NCBI GenBank assembly: GCA_951406725.2
Contig: OX597834.1
Coordinates: forward strand, 46,562,001-46,626,000
Source: Octopus vulgaris
Lineage: Eukaryota
Reading direction: 5' to 3'
Length of the DNA stretch: 64,000 nt
The notes below the pieces were generated by a model that was given only the letters and a program-made list of their open reading frames with translations, did no database searches and had not been told where the DNA came from. The position numbers and the translations under genes are program-made. Below are positions 25,669-37,007 of this stretch, piece by piece (the first letter of the stretch is position 1; every line of letters starts with the position of its first letter).

Positions 25669-26140
25669 TATATATATATATATATATCTATACACACACT
25701 CACACACACACACACACACACATACACACACATATTCATTTTCTTTCAGTTTTGTAGTACTTTCTGGTTGAAAGTTGGTCATGATTGGGTTCAGTTTTCC
25801 CTGAATGTATCTTTGAATGCTTAGCCTGGTCCGGTATCGTCGTTAGGAGCTTCACTAATGTCTTTTCGTTCCTCTTTTTTAATGTTTCCGTAGAGTTCCC
25901 TTTTATATTTCTGATTTCTTAAGGCAACCAGTTGAACAGGTAAGGACCTCTATCTATTAAACAGGTAAAAGAGTGCTTTTGTTTGTGATTTCGAAGTTGT
26001 TATATTTGGAAACTTACCAACCACATGAGTCTGGTTCAGTTCCTGTGCGTAGAACCCTGGAAAAGTGACTTCTAGTACAGCCTCGGGCTAACCAAAGCCT
26101 TGTGAGTGAATTTGATACTCGGAAATATATATATATATAT

Positions 26141-26443
26141 TGAGTAGTTGAATGAATTATCTTATTAAGGATAATTCGAAAGATAACCGATACCTGGGTA
26201 GCAAATTCACATCAGAAAGAACACGGTTGAAGCTACGTCCCTAGGGCATAGACTACGTGTCTTCGTGCGGAAATTTGTATGTTTATTTTAAAATTATAAG
26301 TATATGAAGGAATGGAGTTGAACGACTAGTTAACAAATATCCTTTATTCTCGAAATTCTGAGAAATCTGCATAATGTATTCCTTATTCCTTCGGAATTAG
26401 GAATATGCAGCCTTCGAAACACATGTCGAGAATAATGGTCAGG

Positions 26444-26492
<49 letters not shown>

Positions 26493-26645
26493 GTGTGTGT
26501 GTGTGTGTGTGAGTAATGGTTAGTTGTGTCACTTATTTTGTAATTGTTGAATAGTGTTTCACACCTGCTTACTTTGAACCTGACTTTACAAAAAATTGTT
26601 TTTCCAAACAAAAGGTCGATTGTTATTTTAAGCCATTAAACGACT

Positions 26646-26686
<41 letters not shown>

Positions 26687-27128
26687 CATCATCATCATCA
26701 TCATCATAATCATCATCATCATCATTATCAAATTATCAAAAGAACTTATTCTTTGTAAGCCCACTACTTATTCTATCGGTCTCTTTTGCCAAGTTTCTTT
26801 TGATTAGAAATTTAAGGTGCGTGAGTTGAGATATTTTAGAATTTCTTTAGAAATGTCAAAGAAAAGAAATAGAGTCATCATTTGAATGGATTTTTCATTG
26901 TGTACGAGACCGGATTTTGAAAATTATATGTCTATATACGCATATGAAAGTGAGTGTATGAATGTATGTATATAAATATATGTAGTTCTATATGCAAGTA
27001 AGTATATTGCTGTGTATGTATGAATGTATAGGCAGGTATGTATATACCTACGTATGTATTCACCTTTGTCTGTATTTATATATACAGGATATTTGTTAAC
27101 TAGTCGTTCAACTCCATTCTTTCATATA

Positions 27129-27131
<3 letters not shown>
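26141..27131. mobile_element. Penelope-like inverted-repeat element (family shared with 49355-50637 and 51470-51743)
   Basis: 26141-26351 is the reverse complement of 50426-50637. 26358-26865 is the reverse complement of ~49358-49841. 26984-27131 matches ~51593-51741. A 5'-truncated hammerhead lies at 26358-26432. Confidence 0.75.
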
Positions 27132-27168
<37 letters not shown>

Positions 27169-27331
27169 CACATTAAATGTTCAACATTTAATGTGGTTTT
27201 AGACTCACGTTTTGGCTGCTATTTCCAGCGTGAAGGTATCTCTTAGATACCCTACATTATAATTTGAATAATAATTATTACCTTTGAAGGTTTTTATTCC
27301 ACTTGATAAGATCGATAATTAAATTAACGAG

Positions 27332-27419
<88 letters not shown>

Positions 27420-27484
27420 GAGATATAAATAGATAGATAAAACTTACTTGGAAATGGACGCGTGGCGCTCAATCATATAATATA

Positions 27485-27523
<39 letters not shown>

Positions 27524-28512
27524 TATATATATATATTGTATATATGCATATATACATACTTATATGTACATACATATTTACGTATATACATATGCATATG
27601 TGGCACAGGACGTCACAGAACGTACGCAACATAAAATACGAAAATAACATGAAATACGAAATACGAATACATGGAATATAAACGTTTTTTGCGAACAACG
27701 AAAGAAACAAATGGAAAAAAGATAAGCAACATCAAGAACGACCCTCCATCAATCGTCGGCTGTTTTTCTAATCCATATTTCGAGCAATTCACGACAAGAT
27801 ACGTCTTCGATAAAACAGTTGCTCCCGCAAAGCAAATAAAATAAAATTTGAGATTTTGCGGAGGGTCAAAATTGGTACTAAAATCAAAATGATAAAAACC
27901 GGGCGTTTCCTTATTCATCTATATGAATCGGATGTTATTTGCTTTGTTTAGAATTTTTGTTATTTTGGGGAAAAAGGGGGGGGGGAGAAAACAAAGAGGG
28001 ACATACTAGACAGAGAGAGAGAGGGGGGGTTCTTTTATAAAAGAAAAAGGAAAGAAGAAAAATATATATACTTTTTGGGAGGGCAGAACAATCAAGAAAG
28101 AGGAAGAGAAGTAAAGAGTGGGGATAGGAGAGAGATTTCTTTTCAATTTGATGGCGCCCACAGTTTGTTTTGGTCCCCAACTTTGCACCCAAAGTAATGT
28201 TTGTAAACATTTTGAAATCTCTTTGTAAGCTTATTTCTCTGATCTTTTGGCGTCAGTTTTCTATCCACGTAACAAAATCTGGTGATTAATACAAACTTTT
28301 CTGCTCGTCATAAATCCATACAGTAATAACCCAAATCAACACTCATGGAAGCCTATCAGTAAACTAAAATATGAAATTAATCAACTGTAAATGTTACTGT
28401 AAAACATTAAAATATATTTCTAAAAAATAATCATTGAAATTATTATAGAATATACTGAAGCTATGGCTGTCACGAAACAATATTTCCCATCTCTAAATTT
28501 CAAACATTGATC

Positions 28513-29400
28513 GGATCTTTTCAATTCTGAAGCCAGTTTTTTCAAATTTTTCCTACTGAACCAAACAATTTGAAACTTCGTATACTGGTAGAATGTGTCA
28601 AAAGTAAACTTAATTGTAAACCAGAATGAAAACGGAATTGTAACTTCTAAGTTTAACGTTGTTTAATAATTAGAATTTTAACCAATGATATTCCGTCATT
28701 CGGCTTTATTTTATTTACTCCGTCTCGACCACCAATTTGGTGACGTATTAAACATCTTAAATGTAAACAAGCCGCATGTCTCCGTGAAATCTCCTTCTAA
28801 TTATTTAACGTACTCATGTTTCCAGGATCCTATAGTCAGCCACCTTCTAATAACAATATTTAAAACTAGTTAATAAGCCACATGTATTAAATTGAAAATG
28901 TTTCCATTCTGTTAGTACTTGCTTTCGTTTGCTATTAAGAAGTGGCATCTCAGTGACGAGGCTTCTAACAAGATTTCGTTTCTAAGCTAATGCGTTTCAT
29001 TTCACTTATTGTATTTATTTGTGCAAAAGGCAAGAAATTTAATATTAAAAAAGCAAAGAGCTGGCAGAAACGTTAGCACGCCGGGCGAAATGCGTAGCCG
29101 TATTTCGTCTGCCGTTACGTTCTGTGTTTGTTTACAGTTTTCCGAACGTTAGTACGTCACAAAAGCGCTTTCTACGTCACACTAATAGAATGCAGTCAAG
29201 TTTTACACATGAAAACAAACAATCTGATTGGTTAAAATTCGCAGTTTTAATCTACGATTAAAGTCATAAAATAGATTTTTCTCAAATAAACTAGTTCCAA
29301 CCTGTGTCTTGTTTTGCTAGACTCTATCAGCATACGAAGTTTCAGAATATTTAGTTAAGTAGAAAGATCTGTGGTCCTGGCTTCAGAATTGAAAAGATCC
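28513..29400. mobile_element. Non-autonomous DNA transposon, 24-bp TIRs and 8-bp TSD (MULE- or Merlin-like)
   Basis: Perfect TIR GGATCTTTTCAATTCTGAAGCCAG at 28513-28536 and its reverse complement at 29377-29400. TSD CATTGATC at 28505-28512 and 29401-29408. Confidence 0.85.
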
Positions 29401-29766
29401 CATTGATCACTTTAATAAATGACTAAACTTAGTACTTAACTACTTTTCATATAATCTGGCTCTCTTATTTGATGTGCTTTGTTTTATCAGTACTAGTAGT
29501 TATCAAGAAAAGGGAGTCTGAGTGGCTTACTATAACCTAATCTCAATAACCTACCGCGAGGAGAACTTTACTATAATTATAGCAATAACAAAATAAAATA
29601 AATTCTCATCTTGTGTGGCAATTTAACAGGGAGCTGACATTTGCCTCTATCAGCACTTATTGTTGTATTTCTAGCAATGTAAGTGTTTCTTGACACCTTA
29701 GTCACATTTCGTGACAATTATATATTGTTCTTTTTAGTAAAACATTGCAACCTGCTGTTAATATTA

Positions 29767-29843
<77 letters not shown>

Positions 29844-30053
29844 GCGAATATGATGGACTTTACAAACTGGATTACCTGGATGATTCCATATATTACAGGC
29901 CAATTTTCATAACCAGCTTCATCTTTTCTCTTCTCTAAGGGCTTAGAAAGTATTTCACGTTGCTCATTAGCTACTTTCCCATTTGATTCGATTGGATTGG
30001 ATAAGTATGCATGTATGTATGTATGTATGTATGTATGTATGTATGTATGTATG

Positions 30054-33000
30054 TCAGGTCGCTTTCGAGTGCTACTGGTAACATGTAACCCAGTACAACC
30101 TGTTGCATGGTCGGGTCGTCGGCGACTAAACCGGCAACCCCACCAAGCTTGCTTGGTGAGGAGGGTGTTTATTGGACACCCTGCGGGATGAAAAACAAAA
30201 CCCGCCAAAGGGCGGAGGACCTCTTGAGAGTTAACGGCCATCCAATAAATGTTAGCACGGGTACTCAGAAATTCCGGGGTGGTGTCCGGCGTGCTGAAAG
30301 ATCACTGGGAGTGAGGCGCCCCTCAGCTTTTGTTAAAGCATGTCTCTAGCAGAAGGTCACTTTGATATAAAACCAGATATGCAGGGAATGGCATTGGGCA
30401 TTTTGGGGATCTTTGGTTTGTGCTAGAGATCACGGCGCTCCCACATACCTGAGCCTGCGACTCATATTGTCACCAGACATCTTGCTCCGGCTTGTCTCTG
30501 GATAATGTCGATAAAATGGAGAGGGTCTATGAGGTGTTGTGCAAGTCTTATTGGACCTAAAACTCTGCACAGGCATTGCCGGCCTCTGCTCGATATGTGC
30601 ATTTTTTTTATTCTATATATATATTTATCTTATTTTTAGTATATATTTCCTTCATTTTTTTTATTCGGAAGTCCTGTGGCGATGGGAAGGTGGTGAAGCA
30701 TGCAGACCTGACGGGTTGGAAGCATGTAGTCAGCGACCTGCACCTAGGCGGCCCATGCTAGATATAAAGTCGTCTCCTTGTCACCCAAGACAGCGGTAGG
30801 ATTCGGTTGCTGCATGGGTGTCTGAGCAGCTCCATTTGGAGAGGGCACTGCTCACCTGGGGACCGGGGAGGTTCTAGAAAAGGTGAACAAAAATTGCCTG
30901 TCTTTCCATATCTGGTCAGTTTAGCGCGACTGACGGATGTCCACCCTGCGCTCGAAAAACAAAGAGTCTTTTATCTATAAAATCTGGACGGAACTTAAAC
31001 ATTTCATGTTGGAATGTGCACACTCTGTTGGACAACAAGAGTGATTGCAGGCCTGAAAGATGCACTGCACTTGTTGCTCGTGTGCTGAACCATTATAAAA
31101 TTGATATAGCTGCACTCTCAGAGACTCGTATAGAAGGTGATGGTCAGCTTGAGGAAGTAGGAGGTGGATACACCTTTTTTTAGAAAGGAAGGCAGAAGGA
31201 GGAGCGCAGAGAGGCTGGTGTTGGTTTTGCAGTCCGATCTGATATCCTTAAGAAGTTGGAAGAGCTCCCTGTTCCTATAAATGAACGTATAATGACCCTA
31301 CGGTTGCACTTGAAAGGTAAGCGGTTTGCTACTCTAATAAGTGCCTATGCACCTACTTTGACTAGCTGTGAGGAAGATAAAATAATCTTTTATATCCAGC
31401 TGAGAGCCATACTTAGAAAAGTGCCCAATTCTGATAAAGTCATTCTACTGGGGGATTTTAATGCCAGAGTTGGAACAGACTGGCAAACATGGAACTCTCT
31501 AGGACGTTTTGGAGTAGGGAAAATGAATAGCAATGGTCTCATGCTACTGGAGCTTTGCGAAGAACATGGACTTTACATTGCAAGCACTCATTTTGTGCAC
31601 AAAAGTGATCACACAACAACATGGATGCATCCAAGGTCCAAAGTTTGGCACTTGCTGGATTACGTCATCATCCGCAAGCGCGACATTTATGACATTTGTA
31701 ATGTCAAGTCCTTGCATGGATCAGAATGCTGGACAGACCACAGTCTGGTGCGAGCAAATTTCCGAATGGTGATTAGGACGAAAGAGAGAAGAGGACCAGT
31801 CAGCATTCCTCGCCGTCTAAATGTTCACAAGGTATATGATGTTGTGGTGAGGAAAGAACTTCAGACTCGCTTGTCCAGCATTGAAACTGCTGCAGCATGG
31901 GAAGATTTTCGAGACCAGGTTGTTCAATGAGCAGCCGAAACACTGGGGTATGTTACTGCCAGACACAGAGACGCGTTTGATGAGAATGATGCTGAAATTC
32001 AGCGACTATTAGTGGTGAAGCGCCATGCTAACAGTGTGTTGCTGCACAGAGAACTGTCTACTGTGCAGCGAAGTCTAGCACTTGTCCACTATAGCATTGT
32101 AAAATCACTACTGCAGCGATCTCTCAGGAAGATGCAGAACACTTGGTGGGAGGATCTTGCTCGTGATGTTCAGGCTGCTGCTGATGCAAATGACAGCAAG
32201 AAGCTTTACCATCTTATGAAGCGAGCTTATGGACCTAAGAGCTCCACATCAGCTCCTTTGCTTTCCAAGGAGTCTTCCACTCTGTTTACTAAAGCAACAG
32301 AAATCACAGGTCACTGGATCGAACACTTCTCTGAACTCCTAAACCATGAGTCAGTTGTGGATGAAACAGTGATTGATACTATGAAACAAAGACCTATCAT
32401 TGGCTCCTTAGACTCCTCGCCCTCAATAGATGAAGTAATGACGTCAATAAGTAAATTGAATCTTGGCAGGGCACCTGGAAAGGATGGAATTTGTGCTGAG
32501 GTCTTGCGATTTGGTGGTAATTGCATCACACAGTCCCTTCATGAACTTATTAGTGCAGTCTGGAGGGATGGTGCAATCCCTAAGGACTGGAAGGATGCAA
32601 TTATTCTTCCTCTATATAAAGGAAAAGGAGCCAGAACAATGTGTTGTAACTACAGAGGTATTGCTCTACTATCAGCTGCTGGCAAGGTTCTGGCAAATAT
32701 TCTTCATACCCGTCTGAATGGGTGTCTCATAAATGATGTCCTATCTGAATTTCAATGTGGCTTCCGATCTGGTAGAGGGACAATGGATATGATTTTCACA
32801 GCAAGGCAGATGCAGGAGAAGTGCTATGAGCAGAATATGGATCTTGTCCAGGTATTCATTGATTTAACTAAGGCCTTTGATACTGTAAATAGGGCCTTTC
32901 TATGGAAAATACTTGGCAAACTTGGATGTCCGGATCACTTTGTATCTATAATTAAATCATTTCATGATGGGATGGAGGCTTGGGTCAATGATGGTGGTGC

Positions 33001-34200
33001 CATGGCGGGACCCATTCCTGTAGAGAATGGTGTCAAGCAGGATGACATCCTTGCCCCAACTCTCTTTTCTTTGTACTTTGCTGATGCTTTTACTCATGCT
33101 TTTGCTTAGGTTAGCTCTCTGGGAATATATGTCAGATATCGATCTTCTGGCCGCCTCTTTAATCTTCGCCGATTTGCTGCCAATTCAAAGGTTTCCCAGT
33201 CTATTATTCGTGACCTCCTTTATGCAGATGACTGTGACTTAGTCACTCATACAGTGGATGACATGCAAATACTCATGAATTGCATTTCTGCTTCTTGCAG
33301 GGCATTTGAACTCAGCATTAGCCTGGACAAGACTGTTGTAATGTTCCAGCCTGCACCAGGAAATCCATATATAGAACCAGCTATCTTGGTTGAAGGAACA
33401 ATTCTGAAGGTAGTAGACAAGTTTGTCAACCTGGGCAGCACACTCAGCCGTTCTTGCTCCCTGGATGAGGAAATATCCTTCAGGTTGTAGAGAGCAACTA
33501 ATTCCTTCCGGTCTCTTCAGTCTCGTGTCTGGTCCCAACATGGCATCGCAAGGAGAACAGAAGTTGCTGTGTACCCTGCTTGTGTACTGACATCGCTTCT
33601 CTACTCATGTGAGACATGGACTCTGTACAAACGTCAGGTAAGGGTCCTTGAACGTTTTCATCAGAGATGTCTCAGACATATTCTCAATGTTGGCGGGACC
33701 TCAAAAATTCCAGACACACAGATCCTGAGGACAGCTGATATCTTGGGTATCGAGGCGATGGTGCACAAGCACCGGTTGCGTTGGACTGGACACCTCTATG
33801 GAGAACTTGTGAATGGAAGGAGACTCCGGTAGAAACCAAGTCTGCGATTTAAGGACTGTGTCAAGTCCTCGTTAAAGGCCTGTGATATGCAGGACACTGA
33901 CTGGGAGAACAATGCCTGTCATCGCCACAGATGGAGGAAGCAGGTTAAGGAGGGGATCGACACTATTGAGAGAGCACGTATCCAGCATGAAGAACTTAAG
34001 CGAGCTGCGCGAAAGCGCACGGCTCGTATAGTGAATGGGGAAAGCTTGGTCTGCAATGTTTGCAGTCGTGTATGCTTGTCAAGAGCAGGGCTCATTAGTC
34101 ACCAACGGAGCCGCAAATGCAAAATATAAGTTAGTCGTAGAGCGCACAATGTTCCTGGAGGTCGGCAATGGTCTTCCTCGGTCACGAGTGGACGGCCATC
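30054..34200 (+). mobile_element. RTE-clade (BovB-like) LINE, probably full length, with disrupted ORF
   Basis: APE (WNV.TL, IAALSETR, AYAPT, LGDFNARVG, LDY, TDH); RT (APGKDG, NYRGIALL, QCGFR, FIDLTKAFDTV, YADD at ~33221); terminal C2H2 CNVC..GLISH. Multiple stops. Flanked by (GTAT)n on both sides. Confidence 0.92.
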
Positions 34201-34659
34201 ATGTATGTATGTATGTATGTATGTATGTATGTAGGTAGGTAGGTAGGTAGGTAGGTAGGTAGGTAGGTAGGTAGGTAGGTAGGTATCTTTTATTCTTTTT
34301 CTCTGTTTCAGTCATTAGACTTTGGCCATGCTAGAGCACCACCTTGGAGAACTTTTAGTCATACAAATCGACTCATGTACTCTTTTAAAGCCAGGTATTT
34401 ATTCGATCTGTCGTTTTGGCCGAACCGATAAGATACGGAGACGTGACCAACCAGCACCAGTTGTCAAGCGGTGACGGGGGAACAAACACAGAAAAAAAGA
34501 TAAAATACGTACAGTGCTCATTTCTGTTTATCAAAAACATTAAAAGTTTCGATAAAAGAATTCTTATAGCTATGATGAATGAATTACTATGTTTAATGAT
34601 ACTGAAAATATCAAAAATGAGGCTGACTAATTTAATGTGCTAATAATTTTAACGAATTA

Positions 34660-35021
34660 AATATTCTTTTCTACTCTAGGTACAAGGCCGGAAATTTTTG
34701 GTACTATATTTATCGACCCCGAAAGGATGAAAGGCAAAGTCGACCTCGGCGGAATTTGAACTCAGAACGTAGAGGCAGACGAAATACCTATTTCTTTACT
34801 ACCCACAAGGGGCTAAACACAGAGGGGACAAACAAGGACAGACAAACGGATTAAGTCGATCATATCGACCCCAGAGCGTAACTGGTAATTATTTAATCAA
34901 CCCCGAAAAGATGAAAGGCAAAGTCGACCTCGGCGGAATTTGAACTGAGAACGTAGCGGCAGACGAAATACCGCTAAGCATTTCGCCCGACGTGCTAACC
35001 ATTCTGCCAGCTCTCACCGCC
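34660..35021 (-). mobile_element. Nested/dimeric Nin-like SINE
   Basis: Same junction as at 17644: tail ..AAAGAAATA joined to GGTATTTCGTCTGCC (plus strand GGCAGACGAAATACC|TATTTCTTT at ~34788). Confidence 0.82.
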
Positions 35022-35082
35022 CTGTATATTAAATATTATAACATTGATATGATACTTATTGTATACCTACTTTTGCACTCTC

Positions 35083-35129
<47 letters not shown>

Positions 35130-35263
35130 CGACGGCTTTCTTTATGTTTCGTCTATCACATCCACGGACAAGGCTTTGGTCAGCCCAAGGCTATAGAAGA
35201 CACTTGCCCAAGGTGCCACGCATGTATGTATATATATTTTTGCATAGCTATAGATATGTTTGT

Positions 35264-35630
35264 GGAGGCGCAATGGCCCAGTGGTTAGGGCAGCGGACTC
35301 GCGGTCATAGGATCGCGGTTTCGATCCCCAGAACGGGCGTTGTGTGTGTTTATTGAGCGAAAACACCTAAAGCTCCACGAGGCTCCGGCAGGGGATGGTG
35401 GTGATCCCTGCTGTACTCTTTCACCACAACTTTCTCTTACTTCCTGTTTCTGTTGTACCTGTATTTCAAAGGACCTGTATTTCTCTGTGTCACGCTGAAT
35501 ATCCCCGAGAACTACGTTAAGGGTACACGTGTCTGTGGAGTGCTCAGCCACTTACACATTAATTTCACGAGCAGGCTGTTCCGTTGATTCGGATCAACCG
35601 GAACCCTCATCGTCGTAACCGACGGAGTGC
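35264..35630 (+). mobile_element. tRNA-derived SINE, third family (related head at 35751-36005)
   Basis: GGAGGCGCAATGGCCCAGTGGTTAGGGCAGCGGACTCGC..GGTTTCGATCCC contains A and B boxes, followed by a non-tRNA body. Confidence 0.72.
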
Positions 35631-35705
35631 TAGGGAAGAGAAGTGCTTTCACAATAGGTATGTATGTATGTATGTATGTGTGTATATAGGTATGTATAGC
35701 AATAG

Positions 35706-35752
<47 letters not shown>

Positions 35753-36006
35753 AGGCACATGGCCTAGTGGTAGAGCAGCGGACTCGCAGATTCGAATCTC
35801 AAAGCGGGCGATGTGTCTGTTTATGAGCGAAACACTGGCAGAAGGTAATGGCGAACTTCCGCTGACTCTTTCGCCACAACTTTCTCTCACTCTTTCCTCC
35901 TGCATCTTGCAGCTCACCTGCGTCGGACCGGCGTCCGGTCCAGGTGGGGAAACCTATACACCAAGGAAACCGACCCTATGATCCAGGCGTGGTTCGAGAA
36001 GGAACA

Positions 36007-36054
<48 letters not shown>

Positions 36055-36263
36055 TATTGAATTTTTAAATGTCTCAACGAGACATGAGCGGTGGTGGAGC
36101 GATAGACTGGTTGTATAAAGTCAACATAACGTGACAGTCCCGTAGAAGGGATTACACCACCGCTATATAGCCCTAGGAAGCATCGACGCTTCCTGTCGGC
36201 TTTGACACATTTTCTGCGTCCTTAGCCCAACCTGAAACAAGTTAAAGGATAAAAGAATATATA

Positions 36264-36301
<38 letters not shown>

Positions 36302-36569
36302 TACGTATGGATGTATGTTTGCATTCATGTATGTTTAGTGGAACCAGAAATCAATTGAAACTACTCAACGAATGAGTTGTACATTGTATGTAATGCTATA
36401 ATAATACGATAGTGATTTAGTGTGAACAGACAAACATCCTCCGTTCCCAATACGTAAATATGCCAGAGGATGCGAAAAGTACAGTATTGATCAATATTAA
36501 TTAATAAATAGGTCGAATTGCTGCTAACTTTTTCTTTATTGATTTATAGCGAAAATGATGCTGTCAACC

Positions 36570-36779
36570 GATGGAGATGGTGGGGACAAACACGGATACA
36601 AAAACAAAAAACACAAAAAATGTACATATAAATGTATTCGACAGGCTTCTTTCAGTTTCCGTCTACCAAATCCACTCACAAGGCATTGGTCGGCCCGGGG
36701 CAATAGCAGAAGACACTTGCCCAAGATGTCACGCAGTGGGACTGAACCCGGAACCATGTGGTTGGTTAGCAAGCTACTT
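36570..36779 (-). mobile_element. CORE-like SINE body, split by the Tx1-B insertion (5' head at 42209-42247)
   Basis: Joining 36779 to 42225 rebuilds the intact SINE sequence seen at 45883. Confidence 0.88.
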
Positions 36780-37007
36780 TATTTCATATAATTTGCCATT
36801 TAGGCATTTACAAAGAGGGGACAAACAAGGACAGACAAATATAAAGGGTGAAGTAGCTTAACACAGTTACAATTTTCGAATGAAATTACGGATAAGATTA
36901 TAAACAATGAATTTTACGAAGGCAATGTTTAAAAATATTAATGATCATGTCGAAGGACGGACACCCAGCCATCCGGGTAGAACCTTTACTTTCTGATCCG
37001 GTCACAC

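Noticed and set aside
27595-27910. Possible further hammerhead-bearing repeat (similar traces at ~47722-47768 and ~61135-61200)
   Set aside because: Core nucleotides are too degenerate to call.
35264-35335. Possible tRNA gene
   Set aside because: A and B boxes are present, but there is no proper acceptor stem or terminator and it continues into a repeat body, so it is a SINE head.
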